From: Phoronis australis
Lineage: Eukaryota; Animalia; Phoronida
DNA length: 64,000 nt
Direction: 5' to 3'
Assembly (NCBI GenBank): GCA_002633005.1
Contig: NMRA01000202.1
Span: forward strand, 370,688 to 434,687
The position numbers and the translations under genes were made by a program. Numbering within the stretch: the first letter of the stretch is position 1; every line of letters begins with the position of its first letter. The notes beneath the pieces are model-generated. The model searched no databases. It was not told where the DNA came from and worked only from the letters and a program-made list of their open reading frames with translations. Below, piece by piece: positions 1 to 11,790 of the stretch.

Positions 1-1702
1 CAGTAGGAAAAAGATAACAGGTTTAAAACAAAAATCTGAAAGACTGGATCAGTTAACGCTTCTATTAGTTTAAAGTCCATTAAAAGAATTAATCTTTTGG
101 TTTAGAAGACTTACCGGCGTTACAAAACTGGTTTCAACTTGTTCCATATTCAGTTAAAACATTATACCTAAGCTTAGGAAGAATTGATAGGTCTTGAGAC
201 CAGGAGAGCGTTCCGTAGATCTAGTTTCTTGCGAAAAAGCAGGATGTTGCAAGATCTCGCAAAGTTACGCTGCTAAAATGCGAGAGCTGCGCCATATGCT
301 CGAGAACTTACTGGCTTAGACCACAAATGGAGTGACCGATCACAAACAAATCCTTGCTATCGCTCTGTCTGAAGATACCGACAATAATGTTTACTTAGCA
401 GAAAGCACACTTACAGTTTGTCATGGATATAGAAACTCAACAAAGACATGGGGTTTTGCCTTTGTAGTCAGCCTGCCAAAATCAGCAATTTTAGGTTTGA
501 TGTTAGAAGCAGGCAACCATTCTTAAAGTACTTATAGTAATCTTTCCATGAAAGTTAGGGAGTTGCCAAGCTGAAAAATGCACCGTTTCTATGATATCCA
601 GGTTGGCCTACTTTGCGAGTCAAAGCAAAAAAATTCAGTTTCGAGGAAAAATTCTTATTAGAAGCCTGCAACCTTGCCCATAGTACTTGGGTTGACGCTT
701 TATTAGAACTTAGCGGTGATGCTAAGCTGATTTGGTTATCGTTACCACGGTAGACAGATATTTTGACGGTTGAGGTCAACAATTTTTTGATTGATGGCAG
801 TCACGTTAGAAATAGAAAACCCTGAAAAATCATTTTAGTAAACCTCCCTACAACCTTGATTGTGTACCGTTGCCATGGTAGTCAGGTATTTTGGAATTAG
901 AACACGCTACACTCCAAAGAAATTTTGAAAAGTTCAAATTGACTAAAGCAAACACTGTTTGTTCTATCAATGATATACCAGTGGCAGTAGGACAATTTCG
1001 AAAATGGTTGCCAAAGCAACTCGTGCACATATGTGGCCTATTAGCGCCGGGGCCCTTATTTTTTCGAAGACTTGTCTTGACTCGGTGCTTATTTAACCAT
1101 GCCAGTTTTCTGTCCCAGCACTCACTTACTGTTGATTGTTGTTATCAACTGCATGGTATTTTTTTAATATGTTTTCATGAACAGACGTTGTTTTGAACAG
1201 TGTTCGTTTCTCTTCGCAACAGTATCCAGACGAGGGCAGGACTGACTTCTGCAAGTTACATACATATACGCTTTTAAGACAACCGTTACATAAAACATGA
1301 TTTTTGACGTTTGTAACGCATCTATTTCCACGAGTTATGTTGACCTACAATCAGTTAACAATAGCCCCAGTCTATCCAGTAAAACAGTCAATTGCGGTCA
1401 GAGTTTTATTTCAATTAGCCTTGAATTACCGAACCGGCCTTTATTTAACAATGAATTGTGGGATTGAATCCATTGTTTCCGTTTCATAAGCGATGTTTTT
1501 ACCTCAAATAAAACCCAATGTCTTGCGATCTACCGAACTCGACCCAGGTTCAATGAGCTGGCTTGTCACGACTTTTCATTTTAGGAGCCAAGCATGCTCT
1601 CAATGAATCCAAGTTCAGAAATCACTTCGAACAGCTGATTATTTAATATGACTTATCCTTATTAAAATGACATGGGCAAGAAATTGAATTTTTGGCTCAA
1701 AA

Positions 1703-2470
1703 GTGGGGCCGCATATATTGATAGAGAATGCCCCGCTCGAAGGGGTCTGGAGAGCGGTGCTTCTATATTAATATAGATGGCCGCGCTCTTCGGACCCTTT
1801 TAAGCGGGGCCGTCTATATTAATATAGATTGTCCCACTTAAAGGGGTCCGAAGAGCGGGGCCACTTATATTAATACAAAGGGCTCCGCCAGACGGGGTCT
1901 GATAAAGGGTGCCCGCTATAATAATATACGGGGCCCGCTCTTTGGACGCCTCTTAGCGGGACCTTCTTTACTAATATAGGTGACCCCGCTCAAAGGGTCC
2001 TAAGAGTGGGTCCCTCTTTAATATTATCGCGGGCACCGCTCTTCAGTACCCTTCCGGCGAGGCCTATATTAATGCAGAAGGCCTCGCTCTTTTGACTCCT
2101 TCGGGTGGGGCTCTCAATACTAATATAGGGGGCCTCGCTTTTCAGACCCATTTTGATGGGACCACGTATATTAATGTAGTTTGCCTCGCTCTTCGGACCC
2201 CTCCTAATGAGGCGCCCCATATTAATATAAGGGCCCTCACTCTTAGCACCCCCTTTGAAGGGCCCTCCTATATTGATATATGTAGCCCCGCTCTTCGGTT
2301 TTCTTTAGACACGGCTTCCTATTTTAATATAGGAATCACCACTCCAAGGCATCTGAAGAGTGGGGCGCTTTTTAAAGATATTGCAGGTCCGGCCTGAATG
2401 CACCCAAAGAGCGGAGACTGTCGGCTGTGGTTGAAGGCGGCCACTTACATTAATACAGAGGGCGCCACTG
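1703..2470. repeat. 51-bp-period array: 34-bp palindromic core plus 17-bp linker of variable orientation (14 or more units)
   Basis: Cores start at 1703, 1754, 1804, 1855, 1906, 1956, 2006, 2057, 2105, 2156, 2207, 2258, 2309 and 2360. Linkers are tcttcggacccttttaa-like or its reverse complement ttaaaggggtccgaaga-like. Confidence 0.92.
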
Positions 2471-2759
2471 TTTGCCTTCCCCTTTCAGAGGCCCTTGACT
2501 GTTACAGGGGGCCCCAATCTTTTGGCGGGGTCCTCTATGATTGGTTAGTTGCCCCTCTCTTTGGCTGACTTTAGGTGAGGCTCCATTGCATAATTCATCA
2601 GGCTCCATTATTCAGCCGGCTTGTTCATTTTTCTGGCTATTATGTGCGCCCCTGTTTCAGTTGCTGGAATCCTTAGCTAATTGTGATATAGTAACTTCTT
2701 ATTCAGGAACCATTAAGTTCATTCCATTTGATTTTCATTCACCAACACAATCAAGTTGT

Positions 2760-2830
2760 GGGTCGATCGGGTCGTGGGTTGAGGGGGAATGTAGGTCAAG
2801 TGGGGTTGAGGGGTGTGGGGGTTGAGAGGG
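2760..2830 (+). other. G-run cluster with G-quadruplex potential
   Basis: gggtcgatcgggtcgtgggttgagggggaatgtaggtcaagtggggttgaggggtgtgggggttgagaggg has more than four G3+ tracts. Confidence 0.5.
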
Positions 2831-3896
2831 CTTAGAGCAATCCGTATATACAACTGTACAGCCACTTGCAGAAACGAAGTCGTTGAATCCTAACTGGGAA
2901 AATAAAACAGACATGATCAGGCTATTTTAAAACATATTTCACAAAACATTGCAACTACAAAATAGTTAATAACAAATCAACAGTAAAATCATTAAATAAA
3001 TTTAATTGTGTGCAGCAACAATTTGATCGGTCAGTCACCTGAGCTGTGCCGCTACAGCTATGGCTTGTTCATACTGAGATTTTGTTTTTTTGTCGAACTA
3101 TGACACGTTCAACTTGCCGAAATTCCTCGTCTACAGTCTCAACGTGCTTCGGTAGTTTAGATTCTGTGATATCAGTACTGTGAAACGCAAACAAGGGAAC
3201 TGACATAGACTGTGATTAGCAAACACTTTCATGACAATCACCTCCTTGTGGTTGACCTACTTCACCAATTTTTGGTGATTTTCGGGCCAATGAGCTATAT
3301 ACATAGAGGTGACACGACTGTACTCGCAAGACAGCGTTCCGCCATATTGATGATGAACGATATGTAAACAGAAGCACGGTGGCCTTATGGAAGCCGGGTA
3401 ATTTTCAGAAGAAAATTTGAAATTTTAAATACTAGCCAGGTTTTAAAATATTGGTAACATATTAAAGCATTGTAAACATGTGACCCACGCGTTGCTTAAA
3501 CGGTCATTTTAAGGCCGTGAAAAGACATAATTCCCCAATTATTTGACCAGAAATCGCTGCCGTTATGGCCTAGGATCTCTTGCCGGTTTACGAATTACAC
3601 CGCACACTTTTTATAATTGTTTAAAAATACCTCGATGCCTTTAATACCCACATGAGAATCTAGTTCTTAACTCGATTTGTTTTGGCTAAGCTTATACTTG
3701 TACAAAACTTGATTATTAGTTGTTTACAAGTCGGATAAGATGATCAGCTGGAAAGGAGACAATCCCATCAACCATTGCATTCCTAAAATATGCATGAAGT
3801 TAATTTTTGTCAGCTTTAGCCCAAAGAGATCCCTTTTAATGCCTCGGGTAATTTATGAAGTTCCCCTCAACCTTGAAACAAGTTGAACTGAAATTT

Positions 3897-3950
3897 CAGT
3901 GGCGGATCCAGGATATCATAAGGGGGCGGGCCCAACATTTTGTCTCCGGG
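3897..3950 (+). mobile_element. Left end of a CAGTGGCGGATCCAG-type MITE (same family as 53765)
   Basis: cagtggcggatccaggatatcataagggggcgggcccaacattttgtc resembles the start of the 53765-54789 element. Confidence 0.6.
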
Positions 3951-4732
3951 AATCGCACAAAGCACGATTGCGTGGGCGCACCCAGCCTAAATTATAGGAG
4001 GGCTCGGAAAAAAAACAAAGAAACGGGAAACCGATTGCGCCGGCAATCTGACAGTCCCTAAAACTGGCTGTAATTGTCTACTTTAGGTCGTATCAACCAA
4101 GAACATGTACAATGTATACGCGTTTTATGAAAATGGAAAAAAATGTCTTGGCCTGTATTCATGTTTGCGCCGTCACACATCTGTAAGACTTTTTGTGATA
4201 CCTCAGTGACACTCTGGTTGTTTATCCTAAGTGGAAAACTAATTGTGTACATTTTGACACTCTACTGTCTCAAAATTTAAACCATTGTATCATAGACCCT
4301 GTGTCAAAATACAGCAGCGATTGGGTGGATTCAGAATTTTAAATAAAGTACGCACAATGTTAATGTATATACCAATGTACCCCCATGGATCTGCGAATCA
4401 TGCATGGAATCGCAGATTTTCCATCAATAACATTGAGAATGACAAGGGTAACAAAAACATGTATCCTCAGAAACAACACATTGAGATGCTATTCCAAATA
4501 GGTTTCAATTTGTTTCAACCATCAATACAACAAAAACTCACACAAAACAAAAACAAAACTGCTACTAAGAGGCGCCACAGTAATTGACGCCGTCCAAAAG
4601 TCGTTGGTATATGCCCTCTTCCCGTGAGAAGATATCTGTGAATTTACATAATTATCTTAAAAGTGGCTTGGCCGACAGAGAAGGAAATGCCAAAACCAAC
4701 TAAAAAAAGTTAAAACATCCAATAATAACCAA

Positions 4733-4832
4733 TAAGCATGGCGTGTAAAAACAAGGCATTGTTCTTATGTACTTTAAAATATTCAGTAAGCATGGGGTGT
4801 AAAAACAAGGCATTGTTCGTATGTACTTTAAA
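4733..4832. repeat. 54-bp tandem duplication
   Basis: taagcatggcgtgtaaaaacaaggcattgttcttatgtactttaaaa is repeated with few mismatches. Confidence 0.8.
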
Positions 4833-5968
4833 ACGTCATGTAGTCAACACAAATATTGCCTGCAACAGGTCAGATAGTTAATAACAAAGCTTTTACGATA
4901 TGTGCTTCAAGACAAAAAATGTCAGCCTGCTGAGACTATTTTGGCACAGTTTTGCTGTTTTTCCATTAAGCTACTCTGACTGCTTTTGTAGACCATTGAT
5001 TAAGGTAATATAACAGACACACTAACAAGCTAGGTCCATTTCCTGTTGAACTAGCCACGGCTGAAGAACATGGTTTACTGAAGTCCACTTCAGGGTTCAA
5101 CACGTTTAAGGTTTTTTAATTTGGCAAGTTAATACCAAAAACTTGACGCAGCTTTCTAGGGAGTAGAGGAGATGAACAATTGTTTCTGATATTTAATTCT
5201 CCCCTGCAATTTTGTTTTGTTTGAATTATATTTTCAGCTCAAAACACAGTTGCACACGGCTTCAAAGGTATGATTATGTGTGAATTAAGAAAAATGCAAA
5301 TAGTAATTTTCATAAACGAGCATCCACCCCTTCTCAAAGATTTTGGCCAGGGATTCAAACAAATTCCATACTTGAAACCTCAAAAGGACAAAAATCACAA
5401 AATTGCATCTGACCTTCGTATGGGTCATTTTGAAAACCGCCGACAGAATAATTCGACCAAGTTCAGCTGGCATCAGGTTACATAGGGGGAAAGAGAGCCT
5501 GAACCATATCAGCCAACATCAAGCGATGCTGAGAAAAAACGTATACCGACCCGTTCTGAACTTTAAGCTGGCATAATACGGATTTTTTACTCCAAAATTT
5601 GGACAGCTTAAAACTAGCACATCGCATCAACTTAAAAAAACACAATTGGAACCAAATATGCTGTTTTTGTAGGACTACCATGAAATTCACTGGCCTTTGA
5701 ACAATATGAGCTTGGTAAGCTTCAGCCTTACATTACAGGTATTGAATGATGCAGTTTGGAGTTATGCAGTTAAATGCTGCACAATACACGTGTGGGCATC
5801 ACGAGTATGGTTCACCAGCAAGATGGCGGACCACTCCGCTCAACGAAAACCACGTGATGTCAACTCTAGTTCAATTTATCTCATTGGTTCGGGCTCTGCA
5901 CTTTTCTACTTTCGCTAAGGAGAAGAGCTGGGGCCTTGTTAGGCAATTACATCGCCCTGGATGCCGCA

Positions 5969-6450
5969 GGCATACAGGGGCGATAGTACATCCCCACAAA
6001 AAGTTACGAATTTCAAAATATAGGACATAAAATAAAATGAAACATGCATCTATGAACATGGAGTTATAATTAACACATACCATAAGTCTAGTGGAGACGA
6101 TTCGATTGATATAATTTGAACAAGTCGATGAAAATCTGTCGCGGTATGCTCAAGTTTCTCCTACCGGGTGATATTTTGAGGAACTTAAGTGAAATCACGC
6201 ATGTTGACGAATAAAAAATCCAAGGGACTGAAATCTTACAAATTTCACCCGATACCTTCCCATGCAATTTTGCGAGTGTCACGCGCCATCGTCACGCGCT
6301 TCACTCAGACTCGCGCTAGCCTTTGCCTAATTCACGTGACTCAGTTGAAATACTTTGTGCTTGTCGCGTGTGGTGAAAAAGTTGATGACCAAAATGTGGA
6401 GTTGGAATTTTTCGCCAAAGTTACCTTATTGTAGCTATATACTTCATCGA
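5969..6450 (+). repeat. Dispersed repeat, second copy at ~27382-27630
   Basis: The blocks ggcatacaggggcgatagta-atcccca-aaaaagttac and gtggagttggaatttttcgccaaagt occur in both places. Confidence 0.75.
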
Positions 6451-6463
6451 AAATGTGTGCAAT

Positions 6464-7712
6464 GAGAGAGAAAATATTATAATCAAAGCTCAAAGGCAAA
6501 GTCCAGCCAAAGAAGAAACACTTGCATAATACTGGATGGCATGGACCAACAAAAAACGAATCTGCCTGCTTTTAATATTTATAGCAAAACGCTACAAAAT
6601 TGCATAAATTGAGAACTCATCTCACTGGTGTAATTAACCATGGACACCAAACCATCGGTTTTTTGACATTGGGCAGTAAGGACATGGGCCAGATGTGACA
6701 GCCAATGTCATCTATGAGCTTTTTGCCCCCAATTCTGTATCTTCAGATGGACAATTGTTGGAGGGAAAATAAAAATATTGTAGTTTTTGGGCTTTGTGCG
6801 CTTTTGGTTGAAATGTGAATTTTTTCTAAAATTAAAGTTGGTTTTTTAATGGTGGGCCATAGACATGAAGATGTAGATCAAGTTTTTTCTCGTTTTTCTA
6901 TGTACATGGCTCGTCATTCAATTGTTATGTTTCCAAAATTAATGGATACACCACTCCAAACCCTGTTTCTTATTCATTTACAAAAATGTATAACATAAGT
7001 GAATGAATAACACCACATTTAAATCCCACGCACAATCACTCATTGCCTCACCAGTTTAAATTCTCCCTTCGTTACGGCAAGTGCACCATTTCTGTGAAAA
7101 AGTGGTCCTCTGACAACACCTGGACACCAACGGACTTTAACATTGAAACTGGTAGGTAACCTGTTCTATCAAAGCTGTTACATATTATGTTCAATTCATG
7201 TGTGAGGGTTTTGCATCACAGTTTGGCATAAATACATTAATGTGGTACCAAACATCCACAATGTCTTGTTTTTGCTGAAGAAATGGTTAATTTGTTATAC
7301 TCCTGACCTTTCACTGTTAATTGAACTTGTCACGATTTAATAAGACTTGTGACTGATTGCAAAGTGTTGCTTCCAGAAACGCACACAAGTTCAATCATAA
7401 GAGAGGTCTGTGTCAGTCTGTGCCAGCATTCTTGCTGAATTTGCTTTTCATTGTTATGCAACAGATTGTTCTTTTACTTGCTCTCTCTAACCAAAGTGTA
7501 ATATTGTGCAAATTAAATTTGCTTTATGCAATCTCACTGCTGTGTTTGTGCAGTGCCATACTTCCTGATGTCAATCCCAGTCAATCCCACAAAGTTGCTG
7601 ACCCTAAACTACGATAAGCTGGAGCTGCACAAGCTAAAAAGTGCAATTATGACCAACGAAGAAGATAAGCAATGGTGGAGCCAGTGGTTCCAAAAGCTAG
7701 ACGGTATAGAAG
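6464..7712 (+). pseudogene. Sola1-like (DUF7869-type) DDE transposase pseudogene, spliced (exons ~6464-7151 and 7554-7712)
   Basis: Manual translation across frameshifts and stops gives KYY...TCIILDGMDQQKTNLP...LTGVINHG...LPPILYLQMDNCWRENKN...FLMVGHRHEDVDQVFSRFS...HSLPHQFKF...KKWSSDNTW. A GT..AG intron at 7152-7553 keeps phase 1, and the next donor GTAAG is at 7713. Confidence 0.85.
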
Positions 7713-8331
7713 GTAAGATACCACCGGCCACCTATTACTTTTTCAACCATATTATATTTTTATTTGCAAGTTGTGCTTGTGGAGGCAGGGTCAAAATCGA
7801 ACTTCAAAATATTTTTGATATTTTCTGTTCTACTTTTGTGCAAAGTCCTTATATGTATTATGTATTCTGTGCTGAAATACATAATGGCGCATGCACGAGT
7901 CTCTTATCCTACATTCTTGCAACAAAATTCTTGAAATTATGGGTTGTGACTCGAACTGTTATCGTTAATGCTGGAGTCATCAAGTGTAAAGCTAGTATTA
8001 GACATTTAGCACTAAAACAGAATTTTAAATACTTAATCTTGAAGTAGCACTTACGTGGAACAGAGAATGTCAAAAACTATTTAGAATTCAAGCATCCCAG
8101 ATCTTGCATTTTGCAAAAGGCGATGCACACATTCATTTAAGTAACCTGGGGTCCCCCGGGATAAGTTTTGAAAGAATATTGTTGGCTTAAAACATTTATT
8201 AAATGGTAGCTCCTAATTCCGATAAATGTTTAGTCCATTTGGTATAATGAAATTGGCCTCCACTTATTCCTTACACCAAAGGTGATTTTTAAGCTTGTGA
8301 AGAACTGAGAGCTTATTTTCTCTTTAATTAA

Positions 8332-9828
8332 AGGAGAATGCCTTTAGTCTTTTTTACCGTCTTTATCGGTCTATAATCCACATCGCCTCTTATACGGTCG
8401 ACCTCATCCTGTCGAGAAGTGTAGCGTTAACCTGTGAGGAAGGTGAAAAACGACGCAGCGACGTCAATGGTTCGTCTGCAGAGTGAATGCCGCTATATTG
8501 CGGTGCATCGTTCCCGCTTGTCCGAACCACATGTATGAAACTGCGAAGAAAGCGGGTATATCGTTTTTTCGACTTCCTCGAGAGCTCGAAATGCTTAGGA
8601 AGTGGCTCGCCGTTGTGAAGAATGAAAGGTACACCGTTAACATCAAGTATGCCGTGAAACATCTCCGTGTCTGTGGCCGGAATTTCGTGGACAGTGATTT
8701 CTCTGACGAATTCCGGCTTACCAAAGAACTATCCATACGTTCCGTTGCCTGTGCATGTTCACGGCACCTCTCTAGTATTTCTTGATCAGTGTATTCCGGT
8801 TCGAACTGGTGGCCTGTGAAACCTAACGATCCTACCCGTGAAGTCTTCGTCGGATGAGCTCTTGACTAAGTCAAGATTGGCGCTGGGCGAATTGCCATGT
8901 AGACATTTGTTATTCTGCGTTCTGTTTCAAATGAATTATTCTCATCCTAACCAATGCATTTGATGCCGGCAATAAAGGTAATTGACCGGGCACCCGAGGC
9001 CGTGTGAGCGCATGCTAATTCAGTGTTTGCTGACAAAAAGCTGTTGTGAAAAAATACTCGATTTTATATGCTATTGTCACATGTTAGGGGAATCTTTATT
9101 TAGAAATACAAATGTGTTATTCCAATCATTGTTACTGCACAACCTTTGCCCTAACGGTCTGTGGAAGGGGAAACCCGACTTCGCGGCCCCCTACAAGTAA
9201 GTAGAATTTCAGTTTCGTGGCTAATTCACATAAATAATTACGTGCACATTATTTGTTTGGCTCACTATTATAGTGTTTTCGTGACTGAAGGTTTAGTTTT
9301 CAACTCAATCTGGTTTATGTTCGTGCCAGTCCTGGCGGCCGCGACGGGCCTGATCGGGTTCCGAGACACTGACCGGGATAACGAGTCAGTCCTGCCGCAA
9401 CTGGCCTGATCAGGTTCCGAGCCACTGGCCAGGATAATAAGCATTTTGTGTGTTTAGAACTCAAAAAGTCTAAACAACACAGATCTAGGTTCTCCTGTCT
9501 GTATTTCAGGGAAGAATATTTCGAATTTATCTCCGAATAGACCCCAAACTCCTGCTATGGACCTTAGTAAATTGGCCAGCCGAACTTTGTAGGCTACGGT
9601 GTTTCCAAATACCAATAAACCCGTAATAGCGAAATAAAACAACACATTTTATAAGAACTCGGTGTATTTTTAAGGGTTTTCCATCGAAGTTTGATGATTT
9701 ATTGGTGTTAAACGATGAATTCAAGCGATAGGCTGACACCAGTAACTCGTGTTGTGAACTGCTGAACAGACTGCGTGTGAAACCAATGACGTACAAAACA
9801 GGTTGTTTTTTTTGGGTGGCATTCTCCT
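8332..9828 (+). mobile_element. Non-autonomous Kolobok-type DNA transposon, copy A1
   Basis: TTAA|AGGAGAATGCC...GGCATTCTCCT|TTAA gives TIRs with a TTAA TSD; a THAP relic lies near the left end. Confidence 0.88.
8483..8785 (+). pseudogene. THAP zinc-finger N-terminus of a Kolobok transposase (His mutated to Asn)
   Basis: RCIVPAC...GISFFRLP...RKWL...RVCGRNF fits the THAP C2CH pattern; the sister copy at ~35 kb reads VCGRHF. Confidence 0.8.
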
Positions 9829-10099
9829 TTAATGGGCTTGTCTCTGTGGGCCTTTTATCTTCTGTTTATTAGACGTATTCAAGGCCCAATGGGTTCAATG
9901 TACAATCACAACAATTAAAGTTACAATATCAATGACCATCTCCAACAAAATCAATGGTTAATGATACTAACCTATGTCAGGGTTTTTCATTAAACTTTTT
10001 AAATTTGTTGACATTGCGACTGCTGTAGGATGTTTTTGTATATCTGTTGGAATGCATCATCAAAATTTTGAACCAGTACTTACAGTATACATTCAACAC

Positions 10100-10256
10100 G
10101 ATTATTACATGGCAAATTAGTCATCCCCTGTAATCTAGAGCCCAAGTGGATTTTGTAAAATTATCGCTGAGGGGTATTAGCCCTGAGGGCGGTAATTCTA
10201 CAAAATCCACTGGAGCTCTAGATAAGGGGGATGTTGACTGAGAACATGTAATAATC
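10100..10256. repeat. ~155-bp imperfect hairpin, with a third arm copy at 10923-10992
   Basis: gattattacatg...catcccct...tctagagcccaagtggattttgta pairs with tacaaaatccactggagctctaga...ggggatg...catgtaataatc. Confidence 0.8.
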
Positions 10257-11034
10257 TATTTATACCACAAACTTAGCTATAAACATTGCAGCGAATCGAT
10301 CAACCTTTCTCGGCTCAACTCAGATTTGTAACTATTTTCTATGCCAGAGTTCTAGGGTCGGAGGTCGTGACCTTTGAAAAAATATTGTTCAAACAATTTT
10401 TGGGAATTAGTTTGAGATATCTTTAAATAGTTTCCAAGGTGTTATTTTTCATAAGACCTGAGTGGTCCGCCATTACCAAGGACATTTAGTTGGTTTTCAT
10501 CTTTTTCAAATTTTGAATCATACCCCAAGCTTTACAGTTATTAAAACACAATTTAGTATTCTTTGTATTTTTATGGGCATTTCTTCAAAATCTCAGGAAT
10601 CCATTGCTAATTTGCGTAAGTAACAAATTGATATCAGTTTTGTTGAAATAAGTGGTCTGAATTTAGTATTTTTAGGGTAAATGGGTTTATGTTAGTTTTT
10701 AAGTACATAATACTGGTCCATCAAAAATGGGATTATAGTAGCTGATTAATCTATGTAATTTCTCAGGGAACACACTTTTAATGTATAGCAGGGCTCAATA
10801 CTAACCATAGTATCACCTGGCCAAATGCGACCTGCAGAATTGCTGGTTCACCAATTGGAAACTAAGGTCACCAAACCTTTGCGGCATGAGCCGAAAATAA
10901 AATAATTATCGAGATGACTGAAGGGCGATAATTCTCCAAAATCCACTTGGGTTCTAGATAACGGGGGATAACGACTTCGCCATGTAATAATCTAAATTAA
11001 TCACTAGGTTTATTTTAGTTTTTCTTAGATCACT

Positions 11035-11790
11035 GAGGCTTTTTCGCACATTTTCCGCCGAAATCGAGTGAAAATATGCTTTTTGTTAGTAGCGTGCTTG
11101 AGTTTTTCCTTTTTAAGTGTGGCTTTTTTGAACATTTTCCGCCGAGATCGAGTAAGAATGTGCTCCTTGTTAGTAGCGTACTTAAGTTTTTCCTTGTAAA
11201 CTGCGTTTTTTTTGCACATTTTTCGCCGAGATCGAGTAAAAATTTGCGCTTTTTAGTAGAGTACTTGAGTTTTTCCTTGTTAACTGCGGCTATTTTGCTC
11301 AGTTTTCGCCGAGATCGAGTAAAAATGTGCTCTTTGTTAGTAGCGGGCTCGAGTTTTTCCTTGTTAACTGCGCCTTTTTGAACATTTTTCGTCGAGATCG
11401 AGTAATAATGTGCTCTTTGTTAGTTGCGTACTTGAGTTTTCCCTTGTTAATTGCGGCTTTTTTGCACATTTTTCGTCGAGATCGAGTAAAAATGTGCTCT
11501 TTGTTATTAGCGTACTTTAGTTTTAATTTCCTTTGTTAACTACGTCTCTTTTGCTGAGATCGAGTGAATATGTCTTTTTTGTCAGTAGGCTTTGTTTGGC
11601 TTACTTTTGTCGTCTGCGGCTTTTTTGCACATTTTTCGGCAAGATCGTGTAAATATTGCTTCTTGTCAGTAATTTCCTTGGTTAACTGCAGCTTTTGTAC
11701 GTTTTTTCGCCAAGATCATGTAAAAATGTACATTTTGTAGCTTACTTTACTTGTTCCTTTGTTAACTGTTTTTACACTTGGTAAAAATGT
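11035..11790. repeat. ~84-bp tandem minisatellite, about 8-9 copies, decaying at the 3' end
   Basis: The unit ttttcgccgagatcgagtaaaaatgtgctctttgttagtagcgtacttgagtttttccttgttaactgcggcttttttgcacat recurs about every 84 bp. Confidence 0.92.

Noticed and set aside
420-525. Minus-strand PKIADFG resembling a kinase DFG motif
   Set aside because: Bounded by stops, with no HRD or APE motif and no convincing splice sites; treated as chance or unidentifiable decay.
1990-2397. ORFs 1990-2220 (-) and 2092-2397 (+) with a 17-aa periodicity
   Set aside because: By-products of the 51-bp repeat unit.
1703-2470. CRISPR array interpretation of the palindromic repeats
   Set aside because: The spacers are 17-bp variants of a single sequence in two orientations, not unique sequences; there are no cas genes and the context is eukaryotic.
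11025-11539. Repetitive ORFs (RRDRVKMCSLLVAY)
   Set aside because: Translations of the 84-bp minisatellite.
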